Assembly: GCA_964623775.1 (NCBI GenBank)
Contig: CAZUVH010000006.1
Span: 4,256 to 68,255, forward strand
Source: an uncultured Candidatus Saccharibacteria bacterium
GTDB lineage: Bacteria; Patescibacteriota; Minisyncoccia; Phycocordibacterales; UBA2100
DNA: 64,000 bases
Reading direction: 5' to 3'
Position numbers and translations under genes: made by a program
The notes under the pieces: generated by a model
Seen by the model: the letters and a program-made list of their open reading frames with translations, nothing else
What the model was told of the DNA's origin: nothing
Databases searched by the model: none
In this document: positions 13,638 through 22,180 of the stretch, piece after piece
Layout: every line of letters starts with the position of its first letter
How positions within the stretch are numbered: position 1 is the first letter of the stretch

Positions 13638-14024
13638 ATGGCGTATGACAGTGACGGATTTAGTTCGTACATTGTGCGTGGCGGCAAGAGAGAGTTCATC
13701 AACCCCGAAAAAGCCAGTATGAAGATGGGGGATGACGAAGTCTTCCGATTCGACGGCAAGAGCGGACTTCTGGAACTCTCGATGAGTCAGGTCGACATCG
13801 ACTTCCTGATCAAGGGATACGGTGGATTACCCATCGTACAAATGCAGGTGCCAGCGCCATTCGAGCAGCCAATCGTTCAGAATGTAAAAGAGATACGGCC
13901 ACTTCCGAAAAAGGACGGCACGTTCTTGATGACTTTTTCTTCGGAAGAACCTGAAAAATCTCAAGCGGCTCAAGCTGCACAGCGGCCTGCCCGCCGCGGA
14001 TGGTTACGCAGAATCTTTGGTTGA
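13638..14024 (+). CDS. Hypothetical protein
   Basis: 128-aa ORF with SD and own promoter. Confidence 0.7.
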   Translation: MAYDSDGFSSYIVRGGKREFINPEKASMKMGDDEVFRFDGKSGLLELSMSQVDIDFLIKGYGGLPIVQMQVPAPFEQPIVQNVKEIRPLPKKDGTFLMTFSSEEPEKSQAAQAAQRPARRGWLRRIFG

Positions 14025-14116
14025 ACATTTCAGCGCACGACCGATCAGGTACGGCGCTTTTTCTTTATCTAAAATATTCACGCAAAAATTCCGCTTTCGC
14101 GGAATCCTTGCATTTT

Positions 14117-14224
14117 CGTGTTGCGGGGGCAAGAACCCTGGGAAACCCACGGTTTTCCCAGACCTTCCTCCACGGGGAAACAAATGTTTCCCCGACCCCC
14201 TTCAATTCCAGCCCCCGCAACACG
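14117..14224 (-). repeat. tRNA-flanking element: inverted tRNA-end copy + conserved two-hairpin core + direct tRNA-end copy
   Basis: 14203-14224 is the exact reverse complement of 14271-14292; 14117-14130 is a direct copy of 14271-14284; core 14138-14203 nearly identical to 37615-37677. Confidence 0.88.
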
Positions 14225-14274
14225 CTCTTAAAACAAAAACGCCTCCTTAAAGGAAGTGTTTTTGTCATTACGTG

Positions 14275-14346
14275 TTGCGGGGGCTGGAATTGCACCAGCG
14301 ACCTCCAGGTTATGAGCCTGGCGAGCTACTCCTGCTCCACCCCGCT
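14275..14346 (-). tRNA. tRNA-Met (CAT), probably initiator
   Basis: Cloverleaf AGCGGGG...CCAGG-CTCATAA-CCTGG...CCCCGCA; unpaired 1:72. Confidence 0.9.
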
Positions 14347-14496
14347 AGGACGCAATATACTCCAAAAGAGATGGAGTCGCAATTAAAACTGTCTCTGAAA
14401 ATGTCGCACTATGTATAATAATTATCGCATTGATTGACAATGAGCGCGTGAAAAGGAAGTATGACCGCAGTGTTCCAAGAACAATTGGAAGGAAAT

Positions 14497-16347
14497 ATGG
14501 ACATGACAAAACAACAGAAGACCGGCGCAGAAAACGCGAGATGGGATCTCAGCTTCCTATATTCAGGAGTCGATGATCCGCAACTCGATCGTGATTTTAC
14601 GCAGTGGAAATCAATGGCGAAGCGCTTCAATGCAGCGTATCGCGGCATTCTCACGCACGAGCTAGGGAACGCAATCGCAGATTACGCGGCGCTTGTGGTG
14701 CTGAGCAATAAAATCGGTTACTACCTAATGTTTCTCCTCACGCTCGACACCGATGATAGTGCGGCGAAGCGCAAGAGGACCGAGATCGACCGAGGCTTCA
14801 ATCAGGTCAGTGGCGATTATCTCGAATTCTTCACGATCGAAATCGCGAATATGCCGCAGACTTCACTCGATGCATTGTATGCAAACGACTACAGGGTCGG
14901 TCAGCATCGTCCGTGGATCGAAAAAATCCGTCTTTTCCGGAAACATCAGTTGGGTGTAGAGGTGGAATCGGCGCTTACCAAGCGAGGCGAGTTCGGTGCC
15001 GGTGCATGGTCGGAATTTTTCGACGAGCTCGAATCCGATCTGCACTTCTCCTATCACGACAAGGAAGGGAAGCTCGAAGAAATTCTGCATGACATGACCG
15101 TGTCGAAAGATGCAGAAGATCGCGCAACGATACTGAAAATCGTCAACGATGGACTCAAGAAAAATTTCATCAAGTATTCGGCGCAGACGCTCAATATGGC
15201 GATTGGGCAAAAGGCGGTCGAAGACCATGAGCGCGGATTCGTGCACCCGATGGAGGCACGCAACAAAGAGAGTCTCATACCCGACGCCGTCGTCGAAGCG
15301 CTTCACGCATCTGTTATCAATGCGAGTCCTTTGGTCCATCGGTACTACAAATTGAAAGCAGCACATCTGGGGTTGGAAAAACTGCGCTGGAGTGATCGCA
15401 ATGCTCCGATGCCCTTTGAAGACACATCAGTAGTCTCATGGGACGATGCACTCAAAATAGTGATCGCTGCATATGAGAGCTTCAGCCCGACGCTCGCCGG
15501 ATTGATCCGTCAATTTGTCGACAAGAAATGGATCGATGCCCCCGTGACTCCGACGAAGCAGGGTGGTGCGTACAATGCCTCCGCGTATCTGCCGAATGGC
15601 ACTTTTGCGCTTACGACGATGAACTATCTTGGCTCGTCACGCGACGTCGCCACGTTGGCACACGAGCTTGGTCACGGAGTGCATGGAATACTTGCCGGTG
15701 AAGCGCAGGGACCTCTCATGATGAGGGCGCCAATGGCGTATTGCGAAACAGCGTCTGTCTTCGGTGAAATGGTCACGTTCAACAACCTTAAAGCTGGACT
15801 TGCGCAGAAGGGCGATCCAAAGATGATGCTCGCGCTCGTCATGGGTAAACTCGACGACATGGTCAACACGGTCGTGCGGCAAATCGGCTTCTCCAATTTC
15901 GAGCGTCGTGCACATGCGATGGATAGCGCCACGATGACGCGCGGGAAAACCGATCGGCTCTCTGTCGAAGATTTCGACCGGATCTGGGCTGAGACTCGCA
16001 ATGAACTCTACGGTAAGCCGGGCGATGTGTTCACGTATGAAAATACAGAGCATCTCTGGTCGTATGTGGGTCACTTCCATCGTCCATTCTATGTGTATGC
16101 GTACGCATTCGGAGAACTTCTCACGCATTCGCTCTATGCCAAGAGGGGTGAATTCGGCGATCGCTTCGAGTCGCTCTATCTTGATCTGCTTCGATCCGGC
16201 GGCACGAAGGATGTCGTGGAGTTACTGAAGCCCTTCAATCTCGATCCGACCGATCCGGATTTCTGGAACGCCGGCATTGAAGTCAGTATCGGCGCATTTG
16301 TCAAAGAGGCAGAAGACCTCTCAAGGCAGATGGGCGTGAGTGTCTAG
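14497..16347 (+). CDS. pepF: Oligoendopeptidase F (M3B)
   Basis: WDLSFLY N-terminus, TLAHELGHGVH, ETASVFGE, FYVYAYAFG. Confidence 0.9.
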   Translation: MDMTKQQKTGAENARWDLSFLYSGVDDPQLDRDFTQWKSMAKRFNAAYRGILTHELGNAIADYAALVVLSNKIGYYLMFLLTLDTDDSAAKRKRTEIDRGFNQVSGDYLEFFTIEIANMPQTSLDALYANDYRVGQHRPWIEKIRLFRKHQLGVEVESALTKRGEFGAGAWSEFFDELESDLHFSYHDKEGKLEEILHDMTVSKDAEDRATILKIVNDGLKKNFIKYSAQTLNMAIGQKAVEDHERGFVHPMEARNKESLIPDAVVEALHASVINASPLVHRYYKLKAAHLGLEKLRWSDRNAPMPFEDTSVVSWDDALKIVIAAYESFSPTLAGLIRQFVDKKWIDAPVTPTKQGGAYNASAYLPNGTFALTTMNYLGSSRDVATLAHELGHGVHGILAGEAQGPLMMRAPMAYCETASVFGEMVTFNNLKAGLAQKGDPKMMLALVMGKLDDMVNTVVRQIGFSNFERRAHAMDSATMTRGKTDRLSVEDFDRIWAETRNELYGKPGDVFTYENTEHLWSYVGHFHRPFYVYAYAFGELLTHSLYAKRGEFGDRFESLYLDLLRSGGTKDVVELLKPFNLDPTDPDFWNAGIEVSIGAFVKEAEDLSRQMGVSV

Positions 16348-16362
16348 AGATTATTCAATAAT

Positions 16363-16395
16363 CCCCGCGAGCATGGGCTCGCGGGGCTCTTTTTT
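16363..16395. terminator. Intrinsic terminator between convergent genes
   Basis: ccccgcgagc-atgg-gctcgcgggg followed by a T run. Confidence 0.75.
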
Positions 16396-16579
16396 AGTCG
16401 GCAATGAAAGCGATGACGACCTGGGTCAGACTGAAGAATGCAATCGCGATGATCCCGTACAAAAAGCGATTCCAGTCGAATGACAGCACCCCATACGTGA
16501 CGGCATAGACGCAATACGTCGCTGCCAATATCCAGAGGCAGGAGTTGATGAGAAGCAACTTTTTCCAGATTGTTTTCAT
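16394..16579 (-). CDS. Small two-TM membrane protein
   Basis: 61 aa hydrophobic ORF. Confidence 0.6.
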   Translation of the reverse strand: MKTIWKKLLLINSCLWILAATYCVYAVTYGVLSFDWNRFLYGIIAIAFFSLTQVVIAFIAD

Positions 16580-16597
16580 AGCGTAGAGATACTGTAA

Positions 16598-16852
16598 CTA
16601 TAGCAAAGTGTTCCTCAGTCTTTTACGAAGCTGCGCGTAAGCTCTACCTTTCAATTTTAATGCCGCTTCACGTAATCGAGCATCTTTCTCGACTTTATAT
16701 GCTTCGTAATAGAGTAGCTCAAGAGGTCTTCGAGGCCTGGTCGATTTCACATCGCCATCGTTATGTTCTTTCAGGCGTCGTTTAAGATCCGTAGTTGAGC
16801 CGATGTAGCTTTTCCCGTCACTCTTGCTGCGAATTACATATACGTAAAACAT
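16598..16852 (-). CDS. GIY-YIG nuclease family protein
   Basis: FYVYVI...SYIGST.DLKRRLKEHN.G; located downstream of tRNA-Met. Confidence 0.9.
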   Translation of the reverse strand: MFYVYVIRSKSDGKSYIGSTTDLKRRLKEHNDGDVKSTRPRRPLELLYYEAYKVEKDARLREAALKLKGRAYAQLRKRLRNTLL

Positions 16853-16863
16853 AACTGATTCAG

Positions 16864-16969
16864 GGTGTCAGGACACCACACCAATAGCTGTCACTTGTAA
16901 TCACATCTCAAAATACCATATGCACCGGCGTCTGATTCCGTTGAGAATTTCAACTATTGGTGTGGTGTC
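16864..16969. repeat. Inverted-repeat element (CACACCAATAG family) at tRNA 3' end
   Basis: gacaccacaccaatag (16872-16887) / ctattggtgtggtgtc (16954-16969); ggtgtcagg direct copy at 16864 and 16964; shares cacaccaatagctgtca with 33109. Confidence 0.8.
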
Positions 16970-17039
16970 AGGGGCGGGAGTCGAACCCGCGACCTTAGCG
17001 TTATGAATGCTATGCTCTAACCATCTGAGCTACCCTGAC
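16963..17039 (-). tRNA. tRNA with CAT anticodon (elongator Met or Ile2), CCA encoded
   Basis: GTCAGGG-TAGCTCAGATGGTTAGAGC..TTCATAA..GGTTCGACTCC..CCCTGAC-A-CCA. Confidence 0.92.
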
Positions 17040-17195
17040 AAGTGAGCCGCAAAGTGAGAATTCAAGGATTCTCATTTTCGGCGAACGCCGTCAGGGCATG
17101 AGCTGGCGATTACCCTGACCCGTACCCCTAAATACTACTGATTTTTAGCCCGTAATCAAAGGCATGCAAGAAAAGGGACGCACCGAATGCGTCCC

Positions 17196-17816
17196 TTATG
17201 TGTGCACAAATATCAGATACAGACCCGCGGTGATTGAGAGGCCTCCACCGATACTGAGTATAAGTTTCAGATTTTCTCGAAGCCACGGGAGAAGGGAGAA
17301 CACTTTCACGAATCCTATCCACGTGAGGAGTCCGCCGATCGAAAACCCGAGCAAGATGAGATCCAGATGACCCTTAGCACTTTCTGCGTGTACACCGAAG
17401 TTCGTAAGTACGATGCCGACGAGCAGGAAATTTTGCGGCAGGACCGATCCGAGGAATGGGGTCAGGAACAAGCCCCTTTCTGCCACCGTATTTCGAAGTG
17501 CCGTAAAAATCAGAAACGTTCCCACTGCAATAAGTCCTACACCACGTACGACATGGCTTAGAAAGAATGTGCTCAGGAGCGCACCTGTGCCCGGCGATAA
17601 GAACTCAGCAATCTGGCTCCCAATGAGATACATGAGGACCATGAGAATGTCGCCCGTGACTCCGCCGAGCGCGACGATGATTGCCGCTTTCCATCCTCTG
17701 CTGACGAAGATGTGAATAGCCCAAATACCAAAGGGACCAAGAGGGACACTCACACAAAAGCCGGCGAGCATACCCAGTGCAAACTGCGACACGGGCTTCT
17801 CCCCACCTTGTTTCAA
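17196..17816 (-). CDS. LysE-family-like membrane transporter
   Basis: SVPLGPFG...GWKAA...GDI motif; multiple TM helices; start uncertain. Confidence 0.7.
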   Translation of the reverse strand: MKQGGEKPVSQFALGMLAGFCVSVPLGPFGIWAIHIFVSRGWKAAIIVALGGVTGDILMVLMYLIGSQIAEFLSPGTGALLSTFFLSHVVRGVGLIAVGTFLIFTALRNTVAERGLFLTPFLGSVLPQNFLLVGIVLTNFGVHAESAKGHLDLILLGFSIGGLLTWIGFVKVFSLLPWLRENLKLILSIGGGLSITAGLYLIFVHT

Positions 17817-17873
17817 GAATATTCGCTACTCAAAATGGTAGCACCTAATACATTCAGTCAAAACCACATTGCT

Positions 17874-19769
17874 TTACAGATTGCGATTGATCAATTTTTT
17901 AAACCTCGGATGTTTTAGGTGGCGTAGAGCCTTTGTCTCAATGCCGCGGATGAGCTCTTTGGTTCCTCCATAGACGTTCGCCACTTCTTCGAGCGTGCAA
18001 TCAGGTGCAAGAGGATACTTTTCCGCCTGTTCTTGGTTTAGTGCGCCCAACATCGCAAGAAAGAGCCGCTCCGCTCCATTGTATTTTTCTAGTTCGGTAT
18101 CTGTAAGGGGCTCTCGATCGGCCTTGTGTGCCTGCTCTAAGAGCTCAACAAAATGCATAGTACGGCCCGTGGCACTCGTCCCGCGTAATTTCTTGTCCTC
18201 CATTACGCTTCGCGCACGTCTCAACAAATCATCGATCGGCTCCTTCTCGAGAGTTTCTTCCGGAAGTGAAAAATAAAATCCGCCGTTGATGAGTGCCCGA
18301 ATATCAATCGGTTTACTGGGGATTATTCCGAATCGCATACAGAGAATAAGCTCCTCTCTGGGAGGTAACTGCGATATCGCTTCGTGTAAGAGCTCTGCGC
18401 GCTCCGTCTCAAGTGTTGCGTTTTCCGACGACTCAGAAAAAAGCGGGTTTCCGTTCAGATCAATACGCTCAGGTAATGCTTCCGCAAACGATTCATCAAG
18501 TGGATCAAAGCGACTTTGTATGAAGTATGTACGTTCAAATTTATCGAGCGATGCCTCTGTGGGTGGCCAAATCATTTCCTTTTCGTGCAGTGCCGCAGCA
18601 AGAACTCTCCGGTCACGAATTCCGGCCTCTTCCAGGGGTTTTTTCAATTTGTGATACTGGGAGCGGATTGTTGATGTGTGTGCAGGAAGATGGACCACTC
18701 GTCTTTTTTCGGCTATGAATCTGCGCATCCGAGACTCGGCATACATGAGCGCGACAGTACCGAAGGTCGCCCTCCCAGGCTCCCATTTGACAAAAGCTCT
18801 CGTCAATCCCATGAGTCCCTCTTGAAATATATCGTCAGGCTGAAGATCAGAGCCGCCCTGCCTTTTCCAAACACGAGCCTGTGCTCGCAATACGAGTCCC
18901 ACGTTCATCCGCACGGCTTCTTCCAGTGCTTTTGCGTCGCCATTTTTTGCGTTTGCGTATAGTGCCTCGCGATCTTCTTTCGTAATGTGTTTGCCGGAGT
19001 GTCGCTCGTACATTTCCCCCTTATCCCAAATATATTTTTGAGGAAAGAGCGTGAGTGTGGGTAATTCGCCGAGACGCGCCTTGAATTCGGGGGAGTCGGT
19101 AATGTCGGGATTGCCGCTATCAAAAGCATCGACGATCTTCTGGAGCTCCTCATCTATTTCCCGTGGCTCGTCAGGTGCGCCATCTTGTTTTTCGGCAGGA
19201 TTACGCCGCATCGTCTCTTTTTTTGATTCTTGTGGTGGAAATGGAAAGGCGTGTGGGTCAAACCGTGGTCGCTTTGGCAGTTCGTCCAAAATCCCTTGTG
19301 CAGACTCGTCGAGTGACGCCGTCCTTTCGGGGTCGACAAGTTCGATGGTGGGATCTTCGACCGGCGCCCCCGTCGGTAAGAGAGGAGTTTCGGGGTGCTG
19401 AATTTTTTCTTCATCCGGTATGAATCCGGCAGCCCGAAGTTTCTCCACGTCTTTTCGATGCTCAATGATGAGTAGGCCGTTTTCTTCCCAGGGAAAAATA
19501 CCGAGGTCGGTTAGATTTTCAAGAATCCTATCTTTTTGCTCAGCAGATATTAAAGGGACGACAAATTCGCGTCTATCCTGACGGTACAAGCCCCTGCTTG
19601 TAGCACCGGTTCTCGGAGCATTTCTAAATTCTTCCTGGAGATTGAGGACTGCCTGTCGCACCGCCTCAAAGTCTCCCTGGATCACCTCTGCCAGTTCTTC
19701 GAAATCAATCGTTCTATTCTTTTCGGCACCGCCTTCATTTGTTTTACTCAATGCGATCCGCTCCTTCAT
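17874..19769 (-). CDS. Divergent sigma-70 family RNA polymerase sigma factor
   Basis: Region 2 (NVGLV..DDIFQEGLMGLTRAFVKWEP), VHLPAH, region 4 LPPREELILCMRFG...TLEEVA...IRGIETKALRHLK. Confidence 0.8.
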   Translation of the reverse strand: MKERIALSKTNEGGAEKNRTIDFEELAEVIQGDFEAVRQAVLNLQEEFRNAPRTGATSRGLYRQDRREFVVPLISAEQKDRILENLTDLGIFPWEENGLLIIEHRKDVEKLRAAGFIPDEEKIQHPETPLLPTGAPVEDPTIELVDPERTASLDESAQGILDELPKRPRFDPHAFPFPPQESKKETMRRNPAEKQDGAPDEPREIDEELQKIVDAFDSGNPDITDSPEFKARLGELPTLTLFPQKYIWDKGEMYERHSGKHITKEDREALYANAKNGDAKALEEAVRMNVGLVLRAQARVWKRQGGSDLQPDDIFQEGLMGLTRAFVKWEPGRATFGTVALMYAESRMRRFIAEKRRVVHLPAHTSTIRSQYHKLKKPLEEAGIRDRRVLAAALHEKEMIWPPTEASLDKFERTYFIQSRFDPLDESFAEALPERIDLNGNPLFSESSENATLETERAELLHEAISQLPPREELILCMRFGIIPSKPIDIRALINGGFYFSLPEETLEKEPIDDLLRRARSVMEDKKLRGTSATGRTMHFVELLEQAHKADREPLTDTELEKYNGAERLFLAMLGALNQEQAEKYPLAPDCTLEEVANVYGGTKELIRGIETKALRHLKHPRFKKLINRNL

Positions 19770-19787
19770 AGAGATGAGTATAGCAGT

Positions 19788-20519
19788 TTGGAGCTACTGT
19801 CTACTTGCGCGGTCAGTGTGGGCTTGCGCTCGGGAGGATGGGGAAATAGAGTGATTTCAGGAATAGTAGGGGAGGTTGCGGTGAGCACAGTTGTACCCGT
19901 GAGCGGCACATTTGCCGAGCGGCGAAGGATTCAGGAAGACGTCGCAGAAGGACTGCATAGTCTTGGATCTCGTGAAGGCACACGATTCTTTATGAATACA
20001 GTGCATTATCCGCCCTGGGATGAGAGCGACATCATAGTGGTTCCCGGCAAACTCAAGCTGGTTCAGAAAAGACCCGAAGAACCTGAGAAGATATACCGAA
20101 ATCAATATTTATCACCCGATTTTCTCGTTGTCCTCGAAAAACCTGATACGCAGTTATATCTCCTTCGTGATTTTCTTCCGAGTTATCGGGCCGAAGCGGG
20201 AACGGTCAAGGGTTTCCAGGTGCTCGCGGCAGTCGCGTTTGGTCTTGTCGTCTCTTCCATGCTCGCGGTGGGGTATGGGTTCGGGTGGTGGAGTTTCCTG
20301 TATGCTCTTGCGACGGCGATCATGATAGTTATGTATTTCGCGCATGAGTATAGATTGAAAGCGTGGTTCATCGGCATGTGGGGGGCGCTCTTCATCCGGC
20401 GACAAGTTTCGCTCGGTAGGAAATCGCTCGAGGAGTATTGGACACTGGTCGACCACCTCTCGCGCAGCGACGAGCCCGACGTAGCCATCGTCAATCGGAT
20501 GATCCTGAAATTCATTTAA
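19788..20519 (+). CDS. Hypothetical membrane protein, start uncertain (likely GTG 19881)
   Basis: Two TM helices; GGGGAGG SD before 19881; terminator follows. Confidence 0.6.
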   Translation: MELLSTCAVSVGLRSGGWGNRVISGIVGEVAVSTVVPVSGTFAERRRIQEDVAEGLHSLGSREGTRFFMNTVHYPPWDESDIIVVPGKLKLVQKRPEEPEKIYRNQYLSPDFLVVLEKPDTQLYLLRDFLPSYRAEAGTVKGFQVLAAVAFGLVVSSMLAVGYGFGWWSFLYALATAIMIVMYFAHEYRLKAWFIGMWGALFIRRQVSLGRKSLEEYWTLVDHLSRSDEPDVAIVNRMILKFI

Positions 20520-20523
20520 AACA

Positions 20524-20555
20524 AAGCACCTGGGAAAACCCCAGGTGCTTCCTTT
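20524..20555. terminator. Bidirectional terminator-like hairpin
   Basis: aagcacctggg-aaaa-cccaggtgctt between a convergent ORF and tRNA-Asp. Confidence 0.7.
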
Positions 20556-20556
20556 G

Positions 20557-20843
20557 CGCGAGTGACGGGACTCGAACCCGCAGCCTCTTCCGTGCACGTT
20601 ATCCGCTATTTTCATAGTGGCATGGACTATATCTTCACCATAGAAGGAAATTCCGTAGGTGCTCCGGTATCTAGTCTCTACGGCGCCCCCAACTTAATTC
20701 AGAAGGGGTTCCCTCGGTATTCGCATATCCGTCAGATTGACGAACTTAGCCTTCACCGATATCCCAGAGAGTTTCAATCGGCCTTTTCGACAGAAAGCTG
20801 CACATCTACAGGGAAGTGCTCTAACCAATTGAGCTACACCCGC
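20557..20843 (-). tRNA. tRNA-Asp (GTC) split by a group I intron; exons 20808-20843 and 20557-20594
   Basis: Joined exons give GCGGGTG..CTTCC-CTGT^CAC-GGAAG..GGTTCGAGTCC..CACTCGC-G. Confidence 0.92.
20595..20807 (-). ncRNA. Group I intron (213 nt) at anticodon position 35/36
   Basis: 5' exon ends in U, intron ends in G; P1 CUGU/GCAG with U.G; P10 GUG/CAC; P7 elements GUAGAGACUAG and AAGAUAUAGUCC. Confidence 0.9.
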
Positions 20844-21535
20844 ATTTGATACAGAGTCTGCATCGCCCTCTTGAATATACGACGTTTTCGAGGCAAGCAG
20901 AGGTCTGTAGCAGCCACATTATGATACATGAGTCTATAGAGTGCAAGGCTGTCGCGATGACTAAGTATCAGTTCGAACCCACTGCGATTACTTTTTTTCA
21001 CAATAAATCCCTTCTTAATCCCGTGTGTCTTCAGGGCATTATGTAACCCGACAAGGAAAGTATTACTTCCAGAAATGAAACGTGAAGAAAATACCCATCT
21101 TTCTTTGTCTCGATCTTTTGCCCAATGTTTTTTGAAATATACATTGCCATCCCCGTCAAAGTAGCCACGCACAAAATCACCGATATACTCGGCGGGAACC
21201 GGAGGAAAAAGTATTATTTTTGATTTATTTTGCGAAAATCCACGAGCTTTCAAGTCCGCGAACATCTTTAAGCTACCGAATTGTATCCGGTATGCGGGCT
21301 TCCACTTCTCATTCATCTCATTTAGTTTTCTCACTCCAATGCGATGGCTCGATTTAAATGCATTACGAACGTGCGTGATCAGGATCTTGTCGGTGCTGTG
21401 GAATTCAATAAAATGTGCGCCGCGATTATTTTTGATCATTGCTCCGTCCGCGGCAAAATAGCCGAGCACATATGCCATCCGAGACGACCAGGTGCTAAAA
21501 AAATCGTGATCAACTTCTTTAAAAACAGGTGCCAC
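20834..21535 (-). CDS. Free-standing double-motif LAGLIDADG endonuclease
   Basis: MAYVLGYFAADG and FVRGYFDGDG motifs; stop codon lies inside tRNA-Asp. Confidence 0.88.
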   Translation of the reverse strand: MAPVFKEVDHDFFSTWSSRMAYVLGYFAADGAMIKNNRGAHFIEFHSTDKILITHVRNAFKSSHRIGVRKLNEMNEKWKPAYRIQFGSLKMFADLKARGFSQNKSKIILFPPVPAEYIGDFVRGYFDGDGNVYFKKHWAKDRDKERWVFSSRFISGSNTFLVGLHNALKTHGIKKGFIVKKSNRSGFELILSHRDSLALYRLMYHNVAATDLCLPRKRRIFKRAMQTLYQMRV

Positions 21536-21610
21536 AGATACAGTTTACCGCATGACAGTGCGTGTGTATAACCAAGGATAGTTGCATCTGCAACATAGTA
21601 TACTAATCGC

Positions 21611-22171
21611 ATGTCAGAAAAGCACAGTATTAATCTGAAGATAGGGGGTGAAAAGCCCATGTCGACACCAGAGCAGCAAAATACTCTTGAAGTGAAGAAG
21701 GTTACCCACGAAGAATTTCCCAAATTGGCGCGTCAGATCCGGGGCCTCGGCCGCAACGCACTTGATACCCATGAAGGAACGGGATTTTCCGAACGAGAGG
21801 AAGACGTACAAGATCTTGATCGTAAGTATTTGGAAGCCGCCAAACATGGCGATTTGTATGTGGGGGTAAAGAACGATGTCGTGATCGCGTTTGTCGCCCT
21901 CAAGAAAACAGGGGATGGGGCGGGGAAGAAAGCGATCATCGAGCAGATACGGTATGCGGCGGGTATGCACAGGCCGGATCGAATTGTTGGAGATATTCTT
22001 ATGCACATAAAGTCCGATCTCGAACACAAGGGGATTTACCATACTGAGATCGAGACGGAGGGCGGACACCACAATCTCGACAATGTAGAAGGGGCGGCGT
22101 GGTTTCAAAAAATGTTTGAGATCACGGATTCAAAGGCGGCAAATGCGCACGATCTCGATGCGCACGTGTAG
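21611..22171 (+). CDS. Hypothetical protein (possible GNAT-like fold)
   Basis: 186-aa ORF; LYVGVKNDVVIAFVAL resembles a GNAT strand; TATACT upstream. Confidence 0.6.
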   Translation: MSEKHSINLKIGGEKPMSTPEQQNTLEVKKVTHEEFPKLARQIRGLGRNALDTHEGTGFSEREEDVQDLDRKYLEAAKHGDLYVGVKNDVVIAFVALKKTGDGAGKKAIIEQIRYAAGMHRPDRIVGDILMHIKSDLEHKGIYHTEIETEGGHHNLDNVEGAAWFQKMFEITDSKAANAHDLDAHV

Positions 22172-22180
22172 AATGCATGT

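Noticed and set aside
14117-14346. tRNA 3' duplications as prophage or island att sites
   Set aside because: Only about 150 bp enclosed, no integrase, and an inverted copy is present, which att recombination does not produce
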